Source: Terrimicrobiaceae bacterium
Lineage (GTDB): Bacteria > Verrucomicrobiota > Verrucomicrobiia > Chthoniobacterales > Terrimicrobiaceae
Reading direction: 5' to 3'
DNA: 40,864 nt
Assembly (NCBI GenBank): GCA_041752695.1
Contig: JBGSVZ010000078.1
Span: 1-40,864 of the forward strand
Shown: one piece after another, positions 1 through 9,820 of the stretch
Position numbering within the stretch: position 1 is the first letter of the stretch
Layout of the letters: each line of letters begins with the position of its first letter
The notes under the pieces: model-generated
Told to the model about the DNA's origin: nothing
Databases searched by the model: none
The model's input: the letters and a program-made list of their open reading frames with translations, nothing else
Program-made: the position numbers and the translations under genes

Positions 1-1
1 G

Positions 2-2755
2 GCGCAGAGCAGCGCGAACCAGCGCGCGGGCCGCGCGGGGCGGCTTGGTCCAGGCGTTTGTGTGCGCTTGTACGCGGAGGACGATTTTGCGGAACGGCCC
101 CGGTTCGGGATGCCGGAAATCCAGAGGACCAATCTGGCGGAGGTGATTCTGCGCATCAAGGCGTTCCGGCTGGGTGACATCGAAACGTTTCCGTTTCTCA
201 ATCCGCCGGGTTCGCAGGCGATCCGCGCCGGTTATGGGCTGCTGCATGAACTGGGCGCGCTGGATGGGAACAACGCCCTCACACCGGTCGGGGCCGAACT
301 GGCCCGGCTGCCGGTCGATCCCACCCTTGGGCGGATGTTGCTCCAGGCTCGGACGGAAAACGTCCTGCCCGAGATGCTCGTGATCGCGGCAGGCCTCAGT
401 GTGCCGGACCCGCGCGAACGCCCGGAAGAGGCTCGCGAGGCCGCGGCGGCCGCGCATCGGACCTTTGTCGCGGAGGGGTCGGATTTTCTCACCCTGCTGG
501 CGATCTGGCAGGCGGCGTCGGTGATGGACGGATCGAATGCGCTGCGGCGGTTCTGCAAAAGAAATTACCTGTCCAACACCCGGATGCGCGAATGGCGCGA
601 CATTCACCGTCAGCTCAGTGAGGCGGTGGCGGGCCGGGCGGCGTTAGCCCCGACGCATGCCGCGGGTCCGGCGGTTGCGGATGGGGTGCATCGCTCCATC
701 CTCACGGGACTGCTCGGTCAGCTGGCGCAGCGGCAGGAACGGAATTCCTACAAAACCTCCGGCAATCGACTCCTCACGGTTTTTCCCGGCTCGGGGCTGT
801 ATGCCCGGAAAGACCGCCCCCAAAAACCGAAACGCGGCGACGAACCTGCGCAGGAAGAGAAAAATCGTCAGCCTCTCTGGGTCGCCATCGGAGAAATTGT
901 CCAGACCTCGCAACTCTTCGCCCGCATGATCGCGGGAATCAATCCCGAGTGGGCCGTGGAGCTGGGTTCGCATCTCTGCGAACGGCGCTACACGGAGCCG
1001 TTGTGGAACGGCAAAGCCGGCCGTGTCCTGGTAATCGAGAGGATTCTGCTCCACGGGATGGAAATTTCGCGGCGAAAAGTGGACTATGGACGCATAGACG
1101 CGAACGCAGCAACGGAGATCTTTATTCGGGAGGCTTTGTTGGACGAAGAAACCCCGGTTGGGTTGCGTTTCTTTGCGGCCAACCGCGCCCTGCGTCATAA
1201 AATCGAGACCGCGCTCACCCGTAAGCGAGCGCCGCAAACGCGCGATCTAGATGAGGCATTTTACGACTTTTACGCGAAACATCTGAAGGACGTCTCGTCC
1301 CTGCACGACCTGAATCGACTGGTGAAATCCCGCGAACCGGATTTTTTGGTCGCGAAAGAAGAGGACCTCGTGGAGGAGCGTGAGCTGGAGTTCGACCGGG
1401 CGGCCTTTCCCGATGATGTCTCCTTGGGCAACACTGTGCTCTCGCTGGAATACGCCTATACGCCTGGGGAAGATCGCGATGGGGTGACGGTGCGGGTGCC
1501 GCTGCCGGCCGCGGGTTCGTTGAGCGAAGCCCAGGTCGTCTGGCTGGTGCCTGGACTGCGCGAGGAACAGATCGGTCACCTCCTGCGCGCCCTCCCGAAG
1601 GCCCTGCGGCGTTCGCTCCATCCCCTGGAGCCGAAGGTGCGCGAGGTGGTGGCGGAGTTTCAGCCGGGAGGCGGGGAATTCCTTGCCGGTCTCGCCGAGT
1701 TTCTCACCCGTCGGTTTGGCGTGAAAGTGAGTTTGTCCGATTGGGCCGAACGTCATCTGCCCGACCACCTGCGTCCCCGCGTGGAAGTGATCGATCAGAA
1801 AAACCAGACGGTGGCCTCTGGGCGGGACTTGCAGGCGGTGCGGGCCGTGGCGGATACCGTGGAGGTCCGGTCCGACGCCTGGGAGCGTGCCGCCCGCTGC
1901 TGGGAGCGGGTGGGGAAGGGCGGCTGGGATTTTGGCGATTTGCCGGAGACGGTTCCGGTTGAGGAGATTGCCGGAGTGCCGCTGTTGGCCTACCCCGGCT
2001 TAAAAATCGAAGGCGAGCGGGTGGCGGTGCGGCTTTTCCGCAAACCGGAGGAACGCGCCCAATGTACCGCCGCGGCGGTGGTGCGTCTTGCCGAAAGCGA
2101 GCTGACGAAGGACCTGGCTTGGCTGGACAAGGAACTCCTGACCTTCTCCCGGCCGGCCAGGACCGCTGCGGCGAAAGGTATGGGCAACGCGCTCGACGCC
2201 TGGAATGTCCGCGCGGCGTCGGGGACCGCCTGGGGGGCGACCGCCCAGCAATCCGCTTTGCGTCACATCCGCGGGCACTGTCTGCCCATGCTCCCGCTCT
2301 TGCCGCTGACGGCGGAGCGCTATCAAAACCACCTGGAGGCCGTGCACAAAGATCTGCCCGCCTTAGTGCGCAAGGTGAAAGATCTCTTCGACAAGATTCG
2401 CGACCTGCGCGAGGTGATTCTCGCGTCCGGAAAAACCTACTCCGGTCTCCCAGGGGATCTGCAGCGATTGGTGCCGGAAAATTTTCTCGCGGAAACGCCG
2501 CATGACCGGCTGATGCATCTGCCGCGGTATCTGCGGGCGGTGCAGATCCGCGCCGAACGGGCCGCCATCAATCCTGCGAAGGATGCGGAAAAAGCGCGCG
2601 CGCTTGCGCCGTTTGTCTCGGCCCATCCCCCGGGGAAAAACCGCGAGGAATTCCGCTGGATGCTGGAAGAGTTCCGCGTGTCGCTTTTTGCGCAGGAACT
2701 CGGGACCGCCTCACCCGTTTCGGTGCGGCGTCTGGAGGGTTTGCTGGAGGGTTAA
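2..2755 (+). CDS. hrpA: ATP-dependent RNA helicase HrpA (DEAH-box), 5'-truncated by window edge
   Basis: The frame is open from position 2 and reads AQSSANQRAGRAGRLGPGVCVRLY (helicase motif VI). It continues with PEIQRTNLAEVIL, HA2 region LARLPVDPTLGRMLL and DPRERP, and the HrpA C-terminus FRWMLEEFRVSLFAQELGT. Confidence 0.95.
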   Translation, partial: AQSSANQRAGRAGRLGPGVCVRLYAEDDFAERPRFGMPEIQRTNLAEVILRIKAFRLGDIETFPFLNPPGSQAIRAGYGLLHELGALDGNNALTPVGAELARLPVDPTLGRMLLQARTENVLPEMLVIAAGLSVPDPRERPEEAREAAAAAHRTFVAEGSDFLTLLAIWQAASVMDGSNALRRFCKRNYLSNTRMREWRDIHRQLSEAVAGRAALAPTHAAGPAVADGVHRSILTGLLGQLAQRQERNSYKTSGNRLLTVFPGSGLYARKDRPQKPKRGDEPAQEEKNRQPLWVAIGEIVQTSQLFARMIAGINPEWAVELGSHLCERRYTEPLWNGKAGRVLVIERILLHGMEISRRKVDYGRIDANAATEIFIREALLDEETPVGLRFFAANRALRHKIETALTRKRAPQTRDLDEAFYDFYAKHLKDVSSLHDLNRLVKSREPDFLVAKEEDLVEERELEFDRAAFPDDVSLGNTVLSLEYAYTPGEDRDGVTVRVPLPAAGSLSEAQVVWLVPGLREEQIGHLLRALPKALRRSLHPLEPKVREVVAEFQPGGGEFLAGLAEFLTRRFGVKVSLSDWAERHLPDHLRPRVEVIDQKNQTVASGRDLQAVRAVADTVEVRSDAWERAARCWERVGKGGWDFGDLPETVPVEEIAGVPLLAYPGLKIEGERVAVRLFRKPEERAQCTAAAVVRLAESELTKDLAWLDKELLTFSRPARTAAAKGMGNALDAWNVRAASGTAWGATAQQSALRHIRGHCLPMLPLLPLTAERYQNHLEAVHKDLPALVRKVKDLFDKIRDLREVILASGKTYSGLPGDLQRLVPENFLAETPHDRLMHLPRYLRAVQIRAERAAINPAKDAEKARALAPFVSAHPPGKNREEFRWMLEEFRVSLFAQELGTASPVSVRRLEGLLEG

Positions 2756-3873
2756 ATCACCTCAAGTTCGTCCCGCGAGGGAAGCTTGGGAAAGGGCTGG
2801 GCCGTTCCGGATTGATACCAATAAGCCACCGAAGCAATGTCGTCCTGGAGGGGTAGGTAACGACCCCCGCTGCGCCAGCCGAGAGCCTGAATCGTGATGC
2901 GCAGATCCTTTGCGAAACGCACCGGATCCATGATGTGCCAGCGGTACATTCCGAACCGTTGTTGGGTGTTGTACAAGCCGTCGGGCACGATCACCTGGGG
3001 CAGGCCCGAATATGGCGTGGTGAACTCCTGGTACCGCTTGGTGGTCAGATTTTCGAAATTGTAGGAGCCGCAAAAATAATCCTCCGTGCCCGTGCCGCAA
3101 ATGGTGGGGAAGTCCCGGTCGCCGTCCAGGTAAAATTTGATCTCTCCCTCGCCCCACCAACCGGTGTTGTTGACGCCCCAGGCCAGGTAGGTGCCGACGT
3201 AGTGGCCGTGACCCTCCACGCCATCGAGGATGGTATAAACTTCCTTGCAGGGCACGGGATTGACCCTGCGGAATTGGGCGTGGAAATGACCCGCATCGGC
3301 GGCGACGTCTTCGAGCGAGTAATTGATCTGGTAATACAAGCGCATGGCTTCCTGGCCGAGATTTTCGAAGGTGATGCGGCACTTTTTATGGAACGGCATC
3401 GGCCAGTAACAATTGAAAGCGCTGCCCGGGTTGACACAGACCGCCAGGGAGGAAACTTGCGCGTACTTCCCCCAGCCACAGGCAAAAAAATCGCCGACCG
3501 GACATTCGACAGACGGATGTTCATCCCCATCCCAATACATGCGAATAATGCCATGCCGCCAATGGCCGGTGGGTGTCATCCAAATCTGCTGGATCACTCC
3601 CGGTCCTTCGACGTCCATGATCGTGGCGGTGGTGCCGGCCTTGATGGTAATCGAGGGGCGAACCTTCCATCCCCGGCCGAGATCACGTGCACAAGTGTTG
3701 GACTCCCATTCCTGGCCGATCCGAGCGACTTCGGGTTGGGGAGTGTCGGAGACCTCGGCCATGCCGCCCCGGCCCTTGTCGCCATAGACGTTTTCCGGCG
3801 AGACCGAACGGGTCCGGGCGTGGGCAAGAAAAGGAAGACTGCCAAGGGAGGGGATGATGGGAGAGGAGTGCAT
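2752..3873 (-). CDS. Glycoside hydrolase family 172 / DUF2961 protein
   Basis: Motifs RSVSPEN, GPGVIQQIWMT, ECPVGDFFACGWG, NCYWPMPF, WWGEGEIKFYLDGD and GTGTEDYF are characteristic of DUF2961/GH172. Start set at ATG 3873; the ORF extends to 3903. Confidence 0.9.
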   Translation of the reverse strand: MHSSPIIPSLGSLPFLAHARTRSVSPENVYGDKGRGGMAEVSDTPQPEVARIGQEWESNTCARDLGRGWKVRPSITIKAGTTATIMDVEGPGVIQQIWMTPTGHWRHGIIRMYWDGDEHPSVECPVGDFFACGWGKYAQVSSLAVCVNPGSAFNCYWPMPFHKKCRITFENLGQEAMRLYYQINYSLEDVAADAGHFHAQFRRVNPVPCKEVYTILDGVEGHGHYVGTYLAWGVNNTGWWGEGEIKFYLDGDRDFPTICGTGTEDYFCGSYNFENLTTKRYQEFTTPYSGLPQVIVPDGLYNTQQRFGMYRWHIMDPVRFAKDLRITIQALGWRSGGRYLPLQDDIASVAYWYQSGTAQPFPKLPSRDELEVI

Positions 3874-3888
3874 CACGGAAATCTTTTC

Positions 3889-3921
3889 CGGAATGTCCGG
3901 CAACCAGCAATGGACATTCCG
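3889..3921. promoter_or_regulatory. Inverted repeat in divergent GH172/AraC intergenic region, candidate operator
   Basis: CGGAATGTCC (3889-3898) and GGACATTCCG (3912-3921) form a perfect 10-bp inverted pair with a 13-nt spacer. Confidence 0.4.
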
Positions 3922-3947
3922 CGGGAAAGTTTGTCTTATCTTCGGAT

Positions 3948-4745
3948 ATGGTTTCGGGATTCAAACGGTTTTTCGCCCATTCTCCGCTGTCGTCGGAGCG
4001 ATTCAAACTCCGCGGCTACGGCATTCGTGAGGTCATGCCGGCCGGATTTGTGAATCGTCCGGAGGGGACCGGGGATTTTCTCATGATGTATTTTCATACG
4101 GCTGTGCGCGCCGGGGCGGGACCGACTGCCGGGGAATGTGCGCCGGGAAGCTTGTTGATCTGGGTGCCGGGTGGGCATCAGTTTTATGGTCATCGCAGTC
4201 GCGGCTATACGCATTCCTGGATCCACTGCGACGGGTCCGCCGTCCAGCAAGTGCCAGCGGTTAAATCCCCGGTCGCCCTGCCACCGCGCCCGTTTTTGCG
4301 GTTCCTGGAGGGTTTGCATGAAGAGGTCTCAAGTCAGGGGCGGCCCGACGCCATCATCGCCGAAAACCTGCTCGAAAATTGGCTCCGCGAATGGGATCGT
4401 TTGGGAGGCGAGCCGGAGACGACCGTGCCGGACCGACTGCGTTTGGTGAGGGACAATATGGATGCTTCTTTTGCGGAGCGTCTGACCCTCGCCGGGTTGG
4501 CGGCGAAAGCCTCGTGGTCGGTGGCGCATTTTTCGGAACAATTCCGGCGGGCTTATGGACTTTCGCCGATGGAATACGTGATCCGCGCCCGGTTAGACCA
4601 CGCGGCGCATTTGCTGCGCGACGTGAATCTTAGCGTCACCGAAGTCGGCCGACGCGTGGGCTATGACGATCTTTATCACTTCTCAAAACTCTTCAAAAGG
4701 CGCCGGGGTGTCAGCCCGAGGGCCCTCCGGCCCCGGCCTGACTGA
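3948..4745 (+). CDS. AraC family transcriptional regulator
   Basis: N-terminal cupin-like region, then the C-terminal double HTH (LTLAGLAAKASWSVAHFSEQFRRAYGLSP...VTEVGRRVGYDDLYHFSKLFKRRRGVSP). Confidence 0.93.
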   Translation: MVSGFKRFFAHSPLSSERFKLRGYGIREVMPAGFVNRPEGTGDFLMMYFHTAVRAGAGPTAGECAPGSLLIWVPGGHQFYGHRSRGYTHSWIHCDGSAVQQVPAVKSPVALPPRPFLRFLEGLHEEVSSQGRPDAIIAENLLENWLREWDRLGGEPETTVPDRLRLVRDNMDASFAERLTLAGLAAKASWSVAHFSEQFRRAYGLSPMEYVIRARLDHAAHLLRDVNLSVTEVGRRVGYDDLYHFSKLFKRRRGVSPRALRPRPD

Positions 4746-4802
4746 GGGGTCGGGGAGCCAAGGCGCCTTGCTCGGGCCGATGTTGGGATCTAAGTTTTCC
4801 CT

Positions 4803-5234
4803 GTGCCAAACTTCTTAGCTCCCTTGTTGGCAGGAATTGTCGGAACTGCGGTGATGAGCGCGTTTTTGCTTTTCCCGCGCTGGCTTGGATTGGGGAAGAT
4901 CGACGTCATTTCGGCCGTGGGTGCGCTGGTCACTGGGAAAGTCGAAAACGCCGCTGCGCCCGGCTACGTGCTCCATTTCATCTCGGGAATTTTCTTTGCT
5001 TACGCGTATTGGGCGGTGCTGCTTGCCATGAAGTTGCCGCTCCTTTGGGGGATGTTCGCGCTGCTCGGCTGCATCCACGGGGTGATTGTGATGCTTCTCG
5101 TGAGCATCGTTATCATGGAACATCACCCCATCGCGCGGTATCACCAGCGGGGTCCGATGACGGGTCTGGCCCAGTTGATCGCTCACATTCTCTACGGAAT
5201 TGTCGTCGGTGTCATTGTCCAAGCCCTGCATTGA
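4803..5234 (+). CDS. Small integral membrane protein (~4 TM), function unknown
   Basis: 143-aa ORF with about four hydrophobic segments and intramembrane His residues (LHF, IHG, AHILYG). Confidence 0.8.
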   Translation: MPNFLAPLLAGIVGTAVMSAFLLFPRWLGLGKIDVISAVGALVTGKVENAAAPGYVLHFISGIFFAYAYWAVLLAMKLPLLWGMFALLGCIHGVIVMLLVSIVIMEHHPIARYHQRGPMTGLAQLIAHILYGIVVGVIVQALH

Positions 5235-5272
5235 AGCTTGTTGAGCGGGAGTGAGCCGCTAGTCTGCGCGAC

Positions 5273-6976
5273 GTGATTTTCAATCAAATCAAGAGCGCGG
5301 TGGAGTTTGCCTCACACCTGCCGCGGTATCGGGAAATCATCGGCATCCTCTGGAGATATGGATTCGCCGATGTTCTCAAACTGGTCGCCCTTCAGCACGT
5401 GCTGGGCATGGAGGATGCCACCATCACGATTCATGAGGAGGGCCTGCTTTCCAAACCCCTTCCGGAGCGGATGCGTCTTGCCTTGGAAGAACTGGGGCCA
5501 ACCTTCATCAAATTCGGCCAGATCGTCAGTTCCCGGCGCGACTTGGTGACCGACGAATATTTTGTCGAACTCTGCAAGCTGCAGTCCGACGTGCCGACCT
5601 TCCCGACGGCGCAGGCCAAGGCGATCATTGCCGAGGAGTTGGGAGGCAGGGTGGACGCCCTCTTCGCGCAATTTGCCGATGAGCCGGTGGGCAGCGCATC
5701 CATTGCCCAGGTCCATTCCGCGGTCCTGAAGGACGGCACGATGGTCGCGGTGAAAGTGCAGCGACCCGATATCGAAAAAGTCATCGAGCTCGACCTCGCC
5801 ATCCTGCGTGATCTGGCGAAGTTCGCCGAACGGCACATCCCCGAGGTGGCGGTGCTCAATCCCGTGGGAGTGGTCGAGGAGTTCTCCAGCACGCTGGTCA
5901 AGGAACTCGATTTCACCAACGAGGCGAAAAATGCCGAACGGTTTGCGCAGCAATTCGAGGATAACGAGTGGATCAAGGTCCCGGCAATTTTCCGGGAGTT
6001 CACGACGTCCAAGGTACTGACGATGGAATTCCTCAGGGGACATCCGGTGGAGGACAGCCTGGCTTTGCATCGGGCCAAGATCGACAAGGTGGAGCTCTCG
6101 GAGCACCTCACCGACATCATTTACGAACAGATTTTTGAGTATGGTTTTTTCCACGGAGACCCGCATCCCGGCAACATGCTGGTTTTAAATGGCGGGATCA
6201 CGGGACTTCTCGACTATGGCATGATGGGCTCTTTCACCCCGGCCTTCCGGTCGAGTATTGCCCATCTGATTGCGGGGCTGGCGGAGAAAAATCACCAGCA
6301 GGTGATGCGCTCCATCCTGGAAATGAGCGAGGAGGGTTACACTGGAGACACAACCAAGATGCTCGCCGATGTGGAGGAGTTCAGTGGAACCCATCTCAAT
6401 CAGCCCTTGCGCGAGATCAAGTTGGGGGTGGTCCTGAACAAACTCCTGGAACTCCTGCGCAACAACCGGCTGCGGATGAAGGGCAGCTTTTATCTTGGGA
6501 TCAAGGCACTGACTCAGGTCGAAGCCATCGGGCGTTTTCTGAATCCCGACCTCAATTTCATCAAAGGCGGCGAGCCCTATGCGATGAGACTGATCGAGGG
6601 AAAATATCACCCAAAACGCCTGTTTGCCCTGGGTCGGAAACTGGTTGGTGAAAGCCTCGATTTTCTTGACGAATTTCCCCACGACTTTCGCAATTTTTAC
6701 CAACGCGTCAAACACGGGAAGCTGAACATCCCGCTCCAGCACAAGATCGACCCGGAGGGGTTTGAGCCGCTCCGCAAGACGCTGGACTCGATTGCGAATC
6801 GCCTGACCAACGCGATCCTTTCAGCCTCGGTCCTGATTTGTTCCAGTATCCTGATTTTGTCTGGCCTGCCCCCGAAGATTGGCGAGGTGCCCATCATCGG
6901 CCTGGTCGGGTTGCTCTGGGGATTTTACATGTGCATGCGGCTGGTGCTGTCCATTTGGAAACACGGCGGGCTGTAG
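5273..6976 (+). CDS. ABC1/UbiB (AarF) family atypical kinase
   Basis: LEELGPTFIKFGQ (KxGQ), SASIAQVH, VAVKVQRP, ELDFTNEA, FHGDPHPGN, LLDYGMMG, and two C-terminal TM helices. Confidence 0.93.
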   Translation: MIFNQIKSAVEFASHLPRYREIIGILWRYGFADVLKLVALQHVLGMEDATITIHEEGLLSKPLPERMRLALEELGPTFIKFGQIVSSRRDLVTDEYFVELCKLQSDVPTFPTAQAKAIIAEELGGRVDALFAQFADEPVGSASIAQVHSAVLKDGTMVAVKVQRPDIEKVIELDLAILRDLAKFAERHIPEVAVLNPVGVVEEFSSTLVKELDFTNEAKNAERFAQQFEDNEWIKVPAIFREFTTSKVLTMEFLRGHPVEDSLALHRAKIDKVELSEHLTDIIYEQIFEYGFFHGDPHPGNMLVLNGGITGLLDYGMMGSFTPAFRSSIAHLIAGLAEKNHQQVMRSILEMSEEGYTGDTTKMLADVEEFSGTHLNQPLREIKLGVVLNKLLELLRNNRLRMKGSFYLGIKALTQVEAIGRFLNPDLNFIKGGEPYAMRLIEGKYHPKRLFALGRKLVGESLDFLDEFPHDFRNFYQRVKHGKLNIPLQHKIDPEGFEPLRKTLDSIANRLTNAILSASVLICSSILILSGLPPKIGEVPIIGLVGLLWGFYMCMRLVLSIWKHGGL

Positions 6977-6984
6977 ACCGGGAC

Positions 6985-7008
6985 CGTTCTCCTTTTTGTA
7001 ATATAACG
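6985..7008. promoter_or_regulatory. Possible ModE-type molybdate operator upstream of moaA
   Basis: CGTTCTCCT-N6-AATATAACG has the 9-6-9 layout of the ModE consensus CGNTATATA-N6-TATATANCG. The right half is near-perfect and the left half is degenerate. It lies 42 nt upstream of moaA. Confidence 0.45.
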
Positions 7009-7050
7009 CGGGTGGACAAATCGCGGCGGACGACGTAGGAGTTTCCCCCA

Positions 7051-8019
7051 GTGGACAGCTACGGACGAGTCATTGATTACCTGCGGATTTCGGTTACGGA
7101 CCGCTGCAATGAGCGTTGCCTGTACTGCATGCCGGAGGGCTACAAGGGCTGGGCGCAAAAAGCGGACCACCTGACGGGTGACGAAATCGTTGCGGTCGCG
7201 CGGGCGGCGGCGGGATTGGGATTTCGAAAATTCCGGCTGACGGGTGGCGAGCCGACCATCCGGCCGGATCTGGTGGAGATCGCCGCGGGGATTGCGGCGT
7301 TGTCCGACGTGGAGGTCCTCGGGATTTCGACGAACGGCACCAGGCTGGCCGCGCTGGCGGAGCCTCTGCGGAGGGCGGGCGTGAACTCCATCAATGTGAG
7401 TCTCGACGCGCTCGACCCGGCTCTTTATCGCAAGATCACCGGGGGTGATATTGCGGCGGCTATCGGCGGCATCGAGGCGGCACGGGCGGTGGGTTTTCCC
7501 TGCATCAAGCTGAACTGCGTGCTGATGCGCGGGGTGAACGAAGACGCGATCTGGCCGCTGATTCATTTCGCAGCGGAGCGGGACCTGCCCATCCGATTTA
7601 TTGAACTTATGCCGCTCTCGAACGCGGACGTGCTCGACGCCGGGAACTTTCTTTCGGTGGTGGAGGTGATGGCGACGCTGGCGGAGCGTGATGAAATGAT
7701 CCCGCTGGAAGCAGCCGGTCTTGGGTGCGGTCCGGCCCGGTATCAACGGCTGAAAAACACCGGCGCGACCGTGGGTTTTATCGGGGCAATTACGACTTCG
7801 GATTTCTGCGAAGGCTGCAACAAAATCCGCCTGACGTCCGATGGAAAAATCCGGCCCTGTCTGGGACGGCACAACGAAATGGATCTGCTCACGGTGCTCC
7901 GGGAAGGCCGGGGATCGCTGGAGGGTTTGATCACCGAAGCCATTGCCCGGAAACCGGAGGACCATGAATTCCGGGCCTGTTACGAACCGGACCGTCCGAT
8001 GACTGCGATTGGAGGCTGA
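7051..8019 (+). CDS. moaA: GTP 3',8-cyclase MoaA (radical SAM)
   Basis: YLRISVTDRCNERCLYCMP (CxxxCxxC), LTGGEP, FCEGCNKIRLTSDG..PCL and C-terminal IGG. SD AGGAG at 7037-7041 precedes the GTG start. Confidence 0.97.
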   Translation: MDSYGRVIDYLRISVTDRCNERCLYCMPEGYKGWAQKADHLTGDEIVAVARAAAGLGFRKFRLTGGEPTIRPDLVEIAAGIAALSDVEVLGISTNGTRLAALAEPLRRAGVNSINVSLDALDPALYRKITGGDIAAAIGGIEAARAVGFPCIKLNCVLMRGVNEDAIWPLIHFAAERDLPIRFIELMPLSNADVLDAGNFLSVVEVMATLAERDEMIPLEAAGLGCGPARYQRLKNTGATVGFIGAITTSDFCEGCNKIRLTSDGKIRPCLGRHNEMDLLTVLREGRGSLEGLITEAIARKPEDHEFRACYEPDRPMTAIGG

Positions 8020-8273
8020 TGAGTTCGGTGCGCGTCTTGTTTTTTGCCGCCGCGCGCGATGCGGCGGGGGTTGAGGAAACCGCGGTATCTTGGGATGGGG
8101 ACGCGCCCTTGAAACAGGACGAATTCTGGCAGTTGCTCGAAGTCCGATTCCCGGCGGTGCTGCCCTTGCGGCCGGGGCTTCGTCTGGCAAAAAATTTGGA
8201 ATATGTAACGCAAAGCGAACCGCTGTTTTCCGGCGACGAAGTGGGTTTGATTCCACCTGTTTCGGGGGGCTGA
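8019..8273 (+). CDS. moaD: Molybdopterin synthase sulfur carrier subunit
   Basis: VLFFAAARDAAG at the N-terminus and GDEVGLIPPVSGG (C-terminal GG); operon context. Confidence 0.93.
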   Translation: MSSVRVLFFAAARDAAGVEETAVSWDGDAPLKQDEFWQLLEVRFPAVLPLRPGLRLAKNLEYVTQSEPLFSGDEVGLIPPVSGG

Positions 8274-8276
8274 TTC

Positions 8277-8660
8277 ATGGAACTAGAAGTTTCCTTTACG
8301 AATCAGCCCATCGCGGAATCCCGCGCGCCGCTCACCAGTGGCGCCGGGTCGATGGTGGAATTTCGGGGCGTGGTGAGGAGCCTGGAGAAGGGCGAGCCAA
8401 TTTCCGCCCTAGTTTACGATCTCTACAAACCGATGGCGACGAAAGTGATCCAAGAAATTCTCACAGAAATCGGAACCGCGCAGCCCTGTCTGCGGGTGGA
8501 AGTGATTCACCGGTATGGGACGATTCCGGTGGGTGAAACGGCGATTTATCTGCGGGTGGATTCCACACACCGCGGAGAGGGTTTTCGGATGCTGGAAGAG
8601 TTTATGAACCGTCTGAAACAGGATGTGCCCATCTGGAAAACCGGAGGCGTGCCATGTTGA
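8277..8660 (+). CDS. moaE: Molybdopterin synthase catalytic subunit
   Basis: FRGVVR, HRYGTIPVGE, HR and LKQDVPIWK motifs. Confidence 0.93.
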   Translation: MELEVSFTNQPIAESRAPLTSGAGSMVEFRGVVRSLEKGEPISALVYDLYKPMATKVIQEILTEIGTAQPCLRVEVIHRYGTIPVGETAIYLRVDSTHRGEGFRMLEEFMNRLKQDVPIWKTGGVPC

Positions 8661-9820
8661 GCGTGCGCGAGGTTTGGGAATTGATCGACCGGGAGGTGGG
8701 CGAGTTGCCCCCCTGGCGGGTTTCGCTGGCGGAGTCGGTGGGCTGCAGACTGGCCGAGGATATCGCGGCGGATGCGGACCTGCCTGCCTTTAGCCGATCT
8801 TCGATCGATGGCTTCGCAGTGCGTGCGGGTTCGGGGGAGGGGCGGTACCGGATTTCGGGTGAGGTGCGGCCCGGCATGCCGGATGGTGGCGTGCCCGAAA
8901 CGGGAACAGCCTATCGTGTTTTTACCGGGTCGGCGTTGGCGGATGGCGTGGCCTTGGTGATGGTGGAAGATGCGCATGTCGACGGAGATAGCGTGATTCT
9001 CCGCAAAGCTTCCGACGTGCAGCTTGTCCGTCCGCGTGCCTCGCAGGCCGCGGCCGGGGCGGTGCTTTTGCCCTCGGGTGGGGTGGTGACTCCAGGTACC
9101 CTGTCGTTGCTGGCGACGGTGGGAAATGCCTTGCCGCTGGTTTCTCGGCGTCCGCGTGTGGCGCATCTCTCCACGGGGAGTGAACTGGTGGCAGTCGGAT
9201 CCGTGCCGCCGCCGGGATCGATTCGCGATAGCAATTCCCCGCTCATTGCGGCGATGATCCGCGAGGCAGGCGCGGAGCAGGTTTTTCATGGCCGGGTCTC
9301 CGAAAGTGTCGAGGAAGCCGTGCACGGCTTGGAAAACCTGGACGCGGATGTCCTTTTAATCAGTGGCGGGGCGAGTGTCGGAGCCTACGATGGAACGGCG
9401 GAAATCTTCCGCCGTCTGGGCTATGAGATCAAAAGTTCCCGGGTGAAAAGCCGCCCTGGTAAACCGCTGATTTTTGCCAGGCGCGGAAATCAGGCGGCCT
9501 TCGGGCTGCCGGGAAATCCGCTGGCTCACTTTGTCTGTTTCCATCTTTTTGTCCGGCGGGCTCTGGATGTCATGCGGGGCATTACGCCTCGGGATTTGCT
9601 CGAAGTTCACGCGGACGAAACGCCCGATTCGGATCCCCGCGAGACCTGGTGGCCCGCCCGCGTGCGGGCGGATGGCGGGGTTCTCCGCGCCAAGCCGCTG
9701 GCGTGGCTGGATTCCTCCGACCTCACGAGCCTGCCCCTGGCCAATGCGCTCCTGAGGGTGGAAACGGAAAAAACAAACGCGCTGGCCCGGGCGCTACTTT
9801 TTGGCACTCTGGAAACATGA
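8654..9820 (+). CDS. moeA: Molybdopterin molybdotransferase
   Basis: SSIDGFAV, STGSEL, IRDSN, ISGGASVG, RPGKP and GLPGNP motifs. Confidence 0.93.
   Translation: MLSVREVWELIDREVGELPPWRVSLAESVGCRLAEDIAADADLPAFSRSSIDGFAVRAGSGEGRYRISGEVRPGMPDGGVPETGTAYRVFTGSALADGVALVMVEDAHVDGDSVILRKASDVQLVRPRASQAAAGAVLLPSGGVVTPGTLSLLATVGNALPLVSRRPRVAHLSTGSELVAVGSVPPPGSIRDSNSPLIAAMIREAGAEQVFHGRVSESVEEAVHGLENLDADVLLISGGASVGAYDGTAEIFRRLGYEIKSSRVKSRPGKPLIFARRGNQAAFGLPGNPLAHFVCFHLFVRRALDVMRGITPRDLLEVHADETPDSDPRETWWPARVRADGGVLRAKPLAWLDSSDLTSLPLANALLRVETEKTNALARALLFGTLET

Noticed and set aside
6977..7050. Moco riboswitch upstream of moaA
   Set aside because: The interval is only about 74 nt and lacks the multi-stem structure.
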